From assembly GCA_016748015.1 (NCBI GenBank), contig JAAOMT010000710.1, positions 620,001 through 684,000 of the forward strand: 64,000 nucleotides of DNA, written 5' to 3'. This stretch comes from Geosiphon pyriformis uo1. Its lineage: Eukaryota > Fungi > Glomeromycota. Positions 12,561 to 25,300 of the stretch are shown here, one piece after another. A program made the position numbers and the translations under genes. Under the pieces are notes generated by a model, which made no database searches, had not been told where the DNA came from, and saw nothing but the letters and a program-made list of their open reading frames with translations. How positions within the stretch are numbered: the stretch's first letter is position 1; each line of letters starts with the position of its first letter.

Positions 12561-14017
12561 TGCTTAGAATAGTGGAGACATTTGGTGTTTGTTTTGGTTT
12601 TTGTAAATCTTGTTGTTTTTTTTCTGGTGTTAATAGTATAATATCAATCAAAATAGACTTATAGTATTGTTTTGATCAGTCCAAGTGACTGGTTACATAT
12701 AAAAAGTATAATATATACCTAGTTTAGATTACTTAGTTTAATGTATTATGCTAAGTGGTATTTGGGTCTTATTTGTAAAATGTCAAAAAAAAATTATGAT
12801 TTAAATTATTATTATATAATATTTTTAATATTTTAAGTTTATTCTAAAAAAGATAAAGTTTAAAGTAAACAATATCATAATAAATTGGACAAAAAAGCAC
12901 AAAATCTTATTAGTTCTGTCTAATTTATAAGCTTATCAATATGTATCTTTAAAACATATAAGAAATAATGCATTTTTTAGTATTATGAATAATATTAACT
13001 TGGATAAGTTGGCTTTAGTGATAAGTAGACTGTTTAATGACAAGATTACTGATTTTTCTGGTATATTAAATAAGCTATAAAAACACTATAATGATAATTT
13101 AATAAAATACCTCTTGATTTTGTTGAATTCATATCTAAAACTTGGTAATATTTCAGATCTATGAAAGAAGACATGGATTTCAATAATTCTTAAGCCTTAT
13201 GAATAAGATGGTATTCTGATTAACATTTGTCTCATTGTATTAATTAAAACTAAGAAAAAAATTTTGTTCAAGATTCTGTTAAATCAAATTTCTTCTGTTT
13301 GTAACAAGCTTAATATTTTTTATAAAAACAATTTTTTGGTCCTAAAAAATACTTCTACTTAGTTTTTTGTGTTTGTTATTGGCTTATTAATTGAAGATGC
13401 TCTTAAAAAAGGCCGAAAAATCTGGTTAATTCTATAAAATATGTGTAAAGCTTATGATTCAGTTGGTTAGCATTATTTGAAATTAAGTTTGAATTATACC
13501 AAGATATATAACAGGTTTATTAAGTTTTTTGGAAATATTTATAAGAACAGAGTTAACAAGATGATAACAAACTTCTGTTTTTTAAATAGTTACAAAGTAC
13601 ATAATAAGCTATATTAGAGTGAAGTTTTTTTATTACTTCTTTAAAAAAATTTTTATGATTTTTTATTGTGTGAGATTAAGAGATATGAATATTTGTGTGA
13701 ATATAAAATCAACTCTAATTTTGTGGCAAAAATAGGCAAAGTAGAAGTTAGTAAGAGCAGATCCTTATTCTTTGTACCAAGTGTTTTTGTTGATGATATA
13801 ATATAAGTAGAGAATGAACAGACTTTAACACAATATATTTTGAACATTGCAAGTGAATTTTTTAGTGTTAATAACATTTTTATCAATAATAACAAGACAG
13901 TAGTAATTTTCATTAACCAAAGAATAATTAAAGTCTCTTTATGTATTAGTGATTAGCTGATTTCTATAGTTAAGCATAGTATGTTTCATAAATATTTAAG
14001 TATTTTTTTGTTGACAA
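12560..14017 (+). mobile_element. Highly decayed LINE ORF2 (RT) fragment
   Basis: Remnants MCKAYDSVG, FVDDII, HKYLSIF in register with the LINE at 6440-12100; cut at 14017 by an LTR. Confidence 0.75.
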
Positions 14018-17000
14018 TATTACTCATAGAATATAATAATTATATATTAGTACATAAATTAGCCAATCAAAATAAGATGTAATAAAAAGTAGAATTCCAG
14101 AATTTTTCTTAAAAGAATTGCAGAATTGCAGAATTACAGAATTTCAATATAAGAAATCACAAAATTCCAGAATTTCAGGATTTCTCTTAAAGAATTCCAA
14201 GATTTTTGACTAGAAAATTAAAGAATTCAAGAAATCTTGTATAATAAAATTTATGTATATATAGCAGTAGCATTAAAAGCAGAAGAAAAAAATACTTAGT
14301 TTAGAACTTACAGTTCTAATTCTCTATTTATCTTTTTATATGATAGTATTTTATAACTTGAAATAGAAACATCAAATATTAAATAAAATACTTATTATTA
14401 TTACAATTTATTTGTTCACTATTAACAATTCATGTTAATACTTGCCAATACATAATTACACTAGATCAATAGCTCTTAATCATGATTATTAATAGAATAT
14501 TAATTTTTTTTTGTTTTGACTTATTTTCTTATTTTCATTTATTTATTTATTTTGTTTTGTTGTTATATATTAATTGATTTAAAAAATTAAGCATTAATTA
14601 AATTAATGTTAAAAATAACTTGGTAAAAAACCCCAAAAAATTTAAGGATAAGCTTATCAAAAAAGCACAACTGCCAAATTAAACCAGTTATCATGCTGAA
14701 GACAAAAATTGAATGGAATTGTAATTCTGAAAAAATACTAAACAACACTTAAATCTCTGTTTATTATACAAAAAACTCAACCAAAACCTTCAAATCACAA
14801 AATCTTTAGATCACAAAATCTTCAGAAATTACCAATAATATTAGCTATTAAGCACCAAGTTACAAGTTTGTTATTTGTATCAACATCCCAAATAATCACT
14901 TGTAACATTTAGTGTTCTCTGTAAAATATAATTCTACAAAGAATTAGCACTAACAACAACTATTTAAAAGTAACAGAATTATAAAAAAGAGGAACAAATC
15001 ATCTAAAATTTGCCAAATCTTTATTTCAATATTACTGTCAATACTTGGAATTAACCAACAACCAACTATTAGCAGAATTAGTCTTCAACTTTTACATCAA
15101 CAAAAGAATTAAATATTTTCTGAGAGAACCAGTAAATACCAAATCAGCAAGAAAAAATTTCTACAATAAATTAATTCAATACATTAACTTATTATTAAAC
15201 TACAACTTTGTCCCAATTATAACTAAAATCAACAGAAAAATTAAAAATCACACCCAACAAACATTTCCTATTACCTATGCAGAAAAAAACAAAAAAAACT
15301 ACAAACACCAGCAAGAACTCCAAAGCAAATACACTTATCTACTTGGAAGAAACAGAAAATTGATTTACCAGCTAATCCATCATATTATTACACACCTAGA
15401 AATATCATTAATATAATATCAATAGGCATGTCCACAATAAACATGACAACACCACTAAACAAAATTCTGTTTTAAAGTAAACAGAAGAAAGCAGAGTTAT
15501 TAAGAACCTACAGCAATTATTTTAAAAGATTTAAATCATAATTTTTAATGCCATCAGAATTTTAATTACTACCACTTCAACCAAATTTTGGAATTGCTAG
15601 TTCTTGAAAAGTAACAGAATCAAAAAAAAGAAAGATGAAGATCAGGAATTTAATTACCAAGACCTGATTCCAAAAAACCTAGAAATATAAACCCCAATTG
15701 TTCAAACTCAGCAAAACCCAAACAATCTAAACTTTGTTTCTATTGTTCACCAAAACTTACTTCCAGTAATTGTGATAGACCCACCAGTTGTCCCAATTGC
15801 CAAACATCAACAACAATAACCACAACCATTATCTCAGCAACAATTTCAACAACAATCACAACCACAACAATTACTATTAACACCAATAATATATACACTA
15901 ATCACAAAACTCAAAAAATTTACTGGTGAGAAAGACAATACACAAGTATGGCTCAATAATGTAAAAAAAACTATTGTAGCCAATGGATAAAATGATGCCA
16001 AAACATTATAAATGATCTTATATTTTCTTTAAAATACTGCTAACTTATGGTATCAAAGTCTAATCAAGAAATTCTAAGACTTTAATGTGTTTAAACTGGA
16101 ATTTTTCAGATGTTTTAATAATAATAATAGTATTAACCATCTAACAAATACATTTACAACTATCAAACAAAAAAATATTGAAGCAGTTACCATATACCTA
16201 AGATGTTTCTATAAAAATGTGCATTAAATACAAGCAATTGATGCAAATTACTTTACAGTACCACAAATCTTAAACCAATTTATTTATGAGCTACACAATA
16301 GCATCCTCCAGCACATATATCCAATGTATTCACAAACTCTCTAAGACACAGTTACCAATGCCCAAGATTTTAAATTAGCCAAGCTAAAAGCTAATCATGT
16401 CCATACTATTAATCTAGTAATGAATGAATTATCTGAATTAGACTTTAAGTTAAACAATTCAGTAATTCTATTAATCAAAAATTAAAGAGATACTTAGCTA
16501 ACAATCAGACAATTTATCAACTACCACAATATTATAATAATCCAGAGAACTCAAATAGTCTCCAAAATCAACCATGTCTATCATTATTAATTAATCAACA
16601 GTGATAACAAAAGATACATAATTGCCATTATTGTGGTAAACAAAGACATTTGTAATTCAAATATTATAAACAATTAAACAATCAATGATCAGGAAATCAG
16701 TATTAAAACTCTAATTACCAATTTTAAATCCAGAATTACATCAGTAATCATTTATCCAAACAATTTTAACATTAACCACATTACACTCAAGTAATGCAGC
16801 CAATTTATTAACCCCCAATCTATCAAACTTCAGCTCCAGTTATTTATCAACCACAGCCATAAGTAATTTATTACCCTAATTTATTTCAATACTATCACAA
16901 AACCCAACTCAAATATTATTCAGAAACCAAAAACTGAAAACTACTCAAATTTATTAGAATTGACAATTGGCAATAGTAATACATCAACCAATCTTTAGTT

Positions 17001-18489
17001 CAGCTGCCCAGTAAACTAGATCTCAACAATAAAATTCAGGAACTAATTATGTTAAAAACCCAAATGCTTAACACTATTTAAGTTTTTTGGTAGTCTTAGA
17101 AACAGCCACATCCAATTCATTAGAAATCAATTAAGAAGAAACCATATCTATTAGCAATATCTCATTAACTGCCATTACAGAAAATAAATTGCTCATTGTA
17201 ATATTCCTCTTCAAAATTGAAGAATCAGTCCCTATACTTTTATTTAGTAAAACTGCCCTAGAATGAAAACTCATCACAGCAATATATACTGATGTTACAA
17301 TAGATGTTTAGTTTATCAAACTGATTTTGAACAGTGGATCAGCTGGCAGCATCATTATACAATAACTTATAGACCAATTAAATTACCAAATTGATTGTGC
17401 TGTCAGTATCAGAATTATTACCACCAATAAAACAATGAAAATATCTATTGGTAAGATTGACAATTTCCCATTTGAAATTAATGACATTATTACATTCATA
17501 AAGGTTTTTATTATAAAAGCCACACAGTACCAAACTCTAATTGGTAATAACTAACTGTCTAAAACCAATGCTATATTTAACTAAACCACCCAAAAATTGC
17601 AACTCAACCAAAATGATTAATACACTTAAGTACCAACCACCTGTGGTTATTTTAAACCCAACACCACACTGGTACCATTTATTGAATTTAAAAAAAAAAG
17701 AGAAAAAACCTACTTGGAAAACTTATCAAGTCTTTTAAATTAACAATGACCACAACAATTTATCACCAATATCTATTTAAAAAGAAAAGAAAAAAAAAAA
17801 GAAAAAGAAAGAGAAAAGAAAAAACTCCAAGCAACTATCTTTACATATATTACATATATTGCTACCACTCAATGCCAGCCAAATTATTATCAACCCAAAC
17901 TAATTTGTGTCAATTGTGATAAAAAATTGTTAACAATAAGCACATGTTGTGGTAACAATGAGAAATGGCCAATTACAACAAAATATTACTGTCACTCATG
18001 CATTTTTAAACACTTTGAATAGCCAAAAAAACAAGAAAAATAGGACAATAAACTATGTCTTACTTGTAAAGAAACTCTCCTAGATGAAGGAATGTGAAAC
18101 GACATTCCTAATCATAGAGAAACATGCAACAAATTATGTCAGTACATGATTCTGATCAGCAATTGGGTAAGAAAAAAAACACCAATAGACACTGTTTGAA
18201 AAAAAGCTGTTAAATGTTTAGATAATTGTTCATATAATAACAACAAAATCTGGAGAATCGCAATTACCAAAATTGAAGACATAATGTTAGAAGAAATAAA
18301 AACAATTAAAAACAACCCACCAGAATCCAAAAAAATCATTTGAATCCTAAACTCTGATATTATCCTTGATGTTATAGATCCAGAACAATTTCACAAACAC
18401 TACCAAGAATTGGCACCCACTAAAAAAAAGCTAAACACCCAACTATGTGACCATTATTTAATACTATGTGACTTTCAATATTGTAATAA
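14018..18489 (+). mobile_element. Gypsy element C, 5' part: LTR 14018-14907, decayed PBS, gag, CCHC knuckle, protease, Cys-rich domain; heavily AT-mutated
   Basis: tattactcat...tgtaaca; tttagtgttctctgt matches PBS of D; LILNSGSAGSII protease motif near 17320; ends CDFQYCN at the island junction. Confidence 0.88.
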
Positions 18490-18710
18490 TTACGTATTGT
18501 AGAAGCCGCAACAGTCTTTTCTTTAAGTAATTTATAAATTTCGAACGCCAATTTGTTAAATGAGAATTTTGGATCCGATTCGGTTCTTTTATCGTACAAT
18601 TGTCTTAGATGCCTCCACAACGTTTCGACATCTGGCGAATAAATTTTGTTCTCTGTTCGTTTCGTTATTGGTAAATTTCTGGACTTCATAGTCTTATTTA
18701 ATATTCTCAT
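18490..18710 (-). pseudogene. 3'-truncated putative helix-turn-helix protein
   Basis: FSFNKLAFEIYKLLKEKTVAASTIRNYY fits an HTH helix pair; CpG-rich; cut by the Gypsy junction at ~18490. Confidence 0.5.
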
Positions 18711-18997
18711 ATTGTGAGAGTTGGCTATTACAGAGCATGCCAAGAACGAAACCAAATAATATTCCAATGAAGAATTCGCTTGTGAATGTGAACATTTTTC
18801 GCAAAGCGAATCGATGAAACTGTTTGATATATTTGTTGATATATTTTGGTTATTTAACGATATTTAACGTGTTGTGGTTGCTTTTTCTGAAAGTAAGCGA
18901 CTAGTGCTTGCTTCTATAATAAAATCTTGCGCGATGATGCTTAAATAGACAAATGCGCGTTGCTGCGCATCAATTATCATTGGTCATTCTGCATACA

Positions 18998-20994
18998 ATG
19001 GACAATCGTGAAAGATCTCGAATGTTCCTACAAATACGTCATTGATTAAGCCACTGATCAGCGTTAGTATATTACGGTATTAGATCGCATTGCGCAGCAC
19101 TCTTCCTTACGAAAAAAAAGAAGGTCGAAAAAGTTGAACAAGCATTGACGAAGGCGGAGAAGGAGCTAGAAGATGCGAAGATGGCGTTGCAAGAGTTTAA
19201 TATGGGAGAGGACGGACAGTGGTTGGCTGAGCTGAAGAGGAAACTACGGAAGGAAGAAGGGACGGAGGCGCAGCGAGCCAGGTGGGAGACGGAGAAGACG
19301 GCGCTGGCGGACGAGGAGACCAGGCTGAAAGCAGAAGTGACCAAGTGGAGTGACGAGGTGCTGAAGAGGAGTGAAGACCTGCGACGGGCGCGGGCTCAAC
19401 CAGGTAACGACTTTGTGACTCGGGCGTTGGGGACATAGGGTAGAGTAGACGTAGAACAGTGTTAATGCGTTTTATTCTATTAAGTATTCCATACACACTC
19501 TTATTGCTTGCACCTTGTAATGTTATCCAATGTTTATTTAATCCGTTTTTTATACTTTCAGAACGTCTCCTAAATGAAGAAGAATATCTATCATCTATTC
19601 CTCCAACCATTGTTTATCCTCTGGATGCTAGTACTTCGACACGTTCTACGCGTAACGGGGGTCTCTGGCCATCAAGAATAATTCCCTGGAATGGATTTCT
19701 TGAAGAAGTAACTCAATTCAGCTTCGATCAAAAAGAGCGAAAGTTCAGTAGGCCCCAATTCGTTGAAGGTTTAAGAGCTCGTGTCGAAAATAGTGTTGAA
19801 ACTGCTATGGAAGTTAATATTTTTCATATATTGAACTCGCCTTTGTCCCCAACATTTGAGTTTTCGAAACAAAAAGATTCTGACTTTAATCCCGATGACC
19901 CGAACATTGGCCTTGGAAAACCAGATTTCACTTGCCGAAAGTATGATGGTCCTAATGATCATACAGGAAAAAGGATCATAAACATAGAAATCAAAAGAGA
20001 TTGTGTTATGACACAGTTACGAGAGACTAATTTAAGTGAATTATTTGATGAACACTTTACTGGTCATGCACGTGGCGATTTGGTTAACGTAATTAGTCTG
20101 ATTTACAACTATATGGTCGCGGACGAATTACAATATGGCATACTTGCAACCCATGATTACCATTGGTTCCTTTGCCGTCCAAGTGCTAATCCATCAATAC
20201 TATTAATTTCTAAATCTCTTCCGTTACAGTCAACAAGTCCGCCAGTACTCAAAACTTATGCATACTTGGTCGGCCTGGCAACAAGTGAACCTAATTCACC
20301 TCATCCAAATGTAATTTCAGGACGAACTAGACAAGATATCAGAGTACAAGGTTCCAGAATTCAAAACTCGGGTTTCTATAACCAAAGTTTCAGTCAAAGT
20401 TTGGGTCCAGATAGTAGTTATCACAACCAGCAAGGTTCCAGGGACCAGAGCTCTGAAGATCAAGATTCTATAACAGGAATAGAAGAACAGACTTATGGCT
20501 ACAAGGATTTCAAGCTTGAGGGTATTCTAGGATGTGGACAAACTGGGAGGACATTTCGAGCCAGATTCCATGGAGAGCCAATTGCTTTGAAGGTTATTGA
20601 TCTATATAAGGAAGCTGATCTCTTGCATAAAATTCGAAAAGAAATTGAAATATACAAAAATCTTGTCAAAATTCAAGGAATATATATTCCCAAATTGGTG
20701 TGTCATGGTTATTACGGATATGGGATGGGCTATTTTATGGGTGTCACTATTGTTGGTACTACTTTGAACAACCATAAAGTAAGTAGTAACCAAAAGTATA
20801 GAGCATTGGAGGCCTTAAATGCTATTCATAGTTATAATATTCTTCACAATGATATCCGACAAGAGAATATTTTGATTAATGAAAAAGGTGAAATTTATAT
20901 CATTGATTTTGGGATGTCTGTTGTAACTGATAATAGGGAGCTATTTTGTGAAGAGGAATGTGAATTATCCAGTTTATTAGATCGCTATATGTAA
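18998..20994 (+). CDS. Crinkler-like protein: coiled-coil header + PD-(D/E)xK nuclease-like domain + short atypical protein kinase; intron 19404-19561 (first micro-exon 18998-19007 and intron 19008-19067 tentative)
   Basis: CAG|GTAACG...TTTCAG| splice joins ORF 19145 to ORF 19459 in frame; KPDFT..IEIK..IYNYM..YGILAT..WFL; kinase GCGQTG, ALK, EIEIY, HNDIRQENIL, IIDFG; all six Trp are TGG. Confidence 0.82.
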
Positions 20995-21109
20995 TGAATA
21001 TTTGCACTATTAAAAGTAATAAAAACCTATTTGCTTAGAAAACGAATAAATGTATGATTGTCATGATTAGTGTGTAGAATTAAAATTATATATATAGGAT
21101 TACCCGTAT

Positions 21110-22614
21110 ATGGAAAATGATAACTATAATGGTTCTACCGAATATGAAAAGGCAATACGTTTTTTGGAGATAGGTTGCAATTGTGATTGTTCGAAAAAGA
21201 TTCCGAGAGAAAGGTTTGCTGAATTACGTGAAGCGTTTCAAGCACTCTCTGGACCCGAGCAAGATATATTTTTAATGGCCCAACTGAAAGCAATGAATGG
21301 CGGGGAAATAACTGCCAGTCAACGTCTTAAAAAGAAAACGCGAACTAATAAGCGAACGTTTTACTACTGAGATCGCAATACGCAGCTTTGTCAGAAAACG
21401 TATCTCAACATGTTAGGAATTGGTCGCACTCACTTCGAAAACGTCAGAAATCACCTAACGACGAATGGTATAATACCGCGTGTTCATGGTAATGTAAAAA
21501 GAGTGCCGCGATGGAAAACTAAAATAACCATTGATATAACCGTTGCTACCGCCGTGAAGAATTTTCTCGAAAACTATGCTGAAATTCATGGACTTCCAAG
21601 TCCTGGCAGAAACGTCAATCGCATTACTCAATCGCTTACACTTTTGCCAGCTGAAACAAGTTACAAGTCAGTCTATCGTGATTTTATTGCAGGTCTCGAA
21701 AATGATAGCACGTTAAAATTGTTAAAATATGACGCATTTCGCAAGTTATGGCACCAATTAATGCCTTATATTCAAATTATGAGTCCAAGAACGGATTTAT
21801 GTGACACGTGCCAACATTTTCGGAACGGCTTACAGTATAACGCTCGTAAAGAAGAAGAGGCAAAAGACTTACTAAAGAAATTCAAAGAACATCTGGTTAA
21901 GGCTAAATTAGAGAGAAATTATTACAACAAAAATACGAAATTAGCAGAACAACAGAGGAAATTGGTAAATGAACATTTTATAACAAGAGGTAAAGCTGAT
22001 TATTGTAGCGTTGACGCTACTGCTCATTACAGTTACGATTGAGCGCAAAACGTTCACGTACCCCATTCCGATCAACAGGTAAGTAAAATTTATTATCTTA
22101 GTCCGCGTAAAGTACATTTATTTGGTATCCAAGATGAAGCAGTACGCGAACAAATCAATTACGTTCTTGATGAGAACGAAATAATAGGGAAAGGCCCTAA
22201 TGGCACCCTGAGCATGGTATTCAATGGAATTAAGAGACTGAATAAAGGCGAAAAACATCTAAAGATTACTTGTGATAATGCGGGTGGTCAGAATAAAAAT
22301 AATGCCACCATTTGATTTTACCTATATTTAGTAATTTGCGGTTATTACGAAAGTATCGAATTAAATTTCATGGTACCTGGACATACCAAATTTAAGTGTG
22401 ATGGTAGGTTTGGATTGATTAAAAAGCTTTATCGAAAAACAACAGTAGATTGTGTGGATCACATTGTTGAAGTTGTGAAAAAATCAAGTACAGCGGGATT
22501 AAACAAAGTTCAGTGTTATGAAAACGGCAAAGGCTTTCAATACTTAGATCTTAATTCCGTGTTGGGAATTTTTTTTAAGAAATTGAGTGGTTTACAAAAG
22601 TATCAGCATTTTCT
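21110..22614 (+). mobile_element. Sola1-like DDD transposase, continuous only if TGA=Trp; runs into N-gap
   Basis: One frame of ~500 codons; DLCDTC, HYSYD*AQNVH, TCDNAGGQNKN, VPGHTKFKCDGRFG; only stops are TGA at 21368, 22040, 22313. Confidence 0.85.
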
Positions 22615-23161
22615 NNNNNNNNNNNNNNNNNNNNNNNNNNNNNNNNNNNNNNNNNNNNNNNNNNNNNNNNNNNNNNNNNNNNNNNNNNNNNNNNNNNNNN
22701 NNNNNNNNNNNNNNNNNNNNNNNNNNNNNNNNNNNNNNNNNNNNNNNNNNNNNNNNNNNNNNNNNNNNNNNNNNNNNNNNNNNNNNNNNNNNNNNNNNNN
22801 NNNNNNNNNNNNNNNNNNNNNNNNNNNNNNNNNNNNNNNNNNNNNNNNNNNNNNNNNNNNNNNNNNNNNNNNNNNNNNNNNNNNNNNNNNNNNNNNNNNN
22901 NNNNNNNNNNNNNNNNNNNNNNNNNNNNNNNNNNNNNNNNNNNNNNNNNNNNNNNNNNNNNNNNNNNNNNNNNNNNNNNNNNNNNNNNNNNNNNNNNNNN
23001 NNNNNNNNNNNNNNNNNNNNNNNNNNNNNNNNNNNNNNNNNNNNNNNNNNNNNNNNNNNNNNNNNNNNNNNNNNNNNNNNNNNNNNNNNNNNNNNNNNNN
23101 NNNNNNNNNNNNNNNNNNNNNNNNNNNNNNNNNNNNNNNNNNNNNNNNNNNNNNNNNNNNN
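22615..23161. other. Assembly gap (others at 35067-35282, 40674-40693, 41453-41968, 46327-46664)
   Basis: Runs of N. Confidence 1.
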
Positions 23162-23974
23162 TTTTGAGAAAATTCCCAAATTGTTTATTCTACTACCCGT
23201 GGTTCTAGACTAAATGAAAAGGCATGAGAATATTCTTATGTTGACAAAGATGATCCAAATGAGAAAAAGAATATTGAAATGTTAGCTAATGGAAATTTAA
23301 AAAGAAGAATAAAAGCCAATCTAGAACCTCACTATAGTAATCTTCCCAAATTCTATGACCGAACCTTTTATCTTTCATTAGCCCAAGAATTATTGCAGGC
23401 TTTAAAAGAACTAATTAGTGAATTAGTGATTATCAGTGCTATGGTCAAAGGTCGGAAAAATGCTGGAAAAGCAAAGAAAGACAAATTCATTAAAAATTTT
23501 GCTAATTTTTCTCAAAGCAGATTGGTTTTAATAGAAACAGTAATTCCCAAAAAAAGTGAAGAAGAAAGAAGGGATGGCTATAAATCTACTCGCTGAGATT
23601 ATATAAAAGAAAATATTCCTGATTTTGATATTTTTATTGATGATTCTCTGATCATTATTGAAGAAACTAATAAGTTATTACCTGATAAAACTTATGTCAT
23701 ACCAGCTTATAAATGCAACCAAAATCTCAAAGCTCCCAACATCTATCATGTAGCAACTAGTGCCACTGATTTAAAAGACAGTGATTTTGTTATTGCTGTC
23801 TTTGAGATGAAAAATAACCAGTTAAAGAAAAAATTAAAATTTCTGCAAATACAAGAGAGAAACAGTTGAGTTTTTTGGATGATAATTAGTGGATCACTAA
23901 TTTTTATCTTAGTTGCTTTAGTATTAGTAGTTAAAATTACAATAGTGCAGAAAAAACGTTTTAGAAAGAATTAA
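23162..23974 (+). CDS. Mollicutes-like (code 4) HAD-fold-like protein with C-terminal membrane anchor, 5' end in gap
   Basis: 270 codons with TGA at 23165, 23225, 23594, 23867 as the only internal stops; LVIISA and DFDIFIDD resemble HAD motifs II and IV; hydrophobic helix followed by KKRFRKN; no introns. Confidence 0.7.
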
Positions 23975-24161
23975 AAATTATTGACAAAGATCAGATCAAG
24001 CCATTATTTTTTGTTCTTGGTAATTCATAAGTGATTTTTTCTTGATCTAGATATTTCTGGAGAGTTTGGGTATCATTGATTTTAAAAACATAAGGGGCAA
24101 TTTTTTCTCCTTGAGCTTTCTTTAAAATGCTTCTAATGGTGCTGTAATTTTTGAATTCCAT
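23961..24161 (-). CDS. Short convergent code-4 ORF (probably a 3' remnant), overlapping the previous stop by 14 bp
   Basis: MEFKNYSTIRSILKKAQGEKIAPYVFKIND...GLI(TGA 23993-23991)SLSIIFNSF*; bacterial-style tail-to-tail overlap. Confidence 0.45.
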
Positions 24162-24439
24162 AGTAGATTTAATGTAAATTAGTTTTATATTAATATTTTT
24201 TTATATAGTAATAGAGATAATCCTATATTAATTATGTTATGGTTTATATTCATCATATTCTGGTATAATAAAGTGAACATTAAAATTTACAAGTTCATAA
24301 GTTATGAATGAACACCATTATTACTTTTCAAAATGTCATCAATCATACTAGTCAATTTTACAGTCATATTACAATCAGCTTCTCATTTATGTCACATAGT
24401 AAAATGTTTACTTTGTCTGGTTTTGTTATAGCATGCCCC

Positions 24440-25300
24440 ATATTATTAAACTAAATGAAAAAATAGCACAGGCAATATTCTTATTTTTGGTAAAAATAAA
24501 TCAGTTAGTATTAGTAAAAACAAGAGATTACAACAAGAGAAAAAAATAAATTTGAATCAATAGATAGAATAAATATATTAGTTAATATGACAGAAAAAAA
24601 AATTATTAACAAGAAAAAAATTATCTTTACTAGTTAATTGATTTCCATTCCACCATATGATTAGTATTTAATAGCTATAGAAAGAAAAATAAGAAATTAG
24701 CCCCAAATTTTTAAAGTGGAACCAACTATTTGTAAACCAAGAGAGATTGTTATTACTAATCTCTATATACTGGTTAAAATTAACAAGCATATTAAAATTT
24801 TTATCTACAACACAATAGAAGACACCATTAAAATATCAAGTAGAATAATCATTGGATATTTGAGTACTAAAGTTGAAGACCAATCACCAAATACCATTTT
24901 AGATTTTCTATAACTGTACAAATATGTAGACATTACATCACAAACCATATACAAATGAGAAAAATACTATTTGCTCCAATTAGAACAATTAGAACAAACA
25001 AACTTGGGAAATTTAAACTCATTTCAATGAATACAGCTCAAAATTTTACTTAACAATTTTACTAATATCTTTGCAAATAAAAACAAATTTGATAGAATTG
25101 ACATTATCTAGCACTAAATTAAGATTGGAGATACAATGCTAATTAAACAAAAAACATACAAAATATTACCAATAAGCCATGAAATTATTTGACAAAAAAT
25201 CAGATGTTAGATAATGGGTTAATTCAACTATTTATAAGTTCATGATCATTATTAGTGGTATTAATTCAGAAAAAGAATGGAAAAATTTATTTTTGTGTGG
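24440..25300 (+). mobile_element. Continuation of Gypsy element C pol (dUTPase C-term to RT N-term); resumes at 53238 after element D
   Basis: IIKLNEKIAQAIFL ... KIYFCV| and |DYRKLNSITYGDSY at 53238. Confidence 0.85.

Noticed and set aside
18733-18759. Possible left TIR (GAGCATGCCAAGAACGAAACCA) resembling the reverse complement of the island's right end
   Set aside because: Only about 20/27 identity with a gap, no matching TSD, and not at the island junction; may be chance.
22076-22085. Perfect CAG|GTAAGT donor in the transposase, suggesting introns explain the stops
   Set aside because: The frame continues through conserved transposase sequence, and the TGAs sit inside motifs that splicing would remove.
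22370-23213. Long X-filled ORFs across N-gaps and the many antisense ORFs over TEs
   Set aside because: Artefacts of N translation and shadow frames of the real coding strands.
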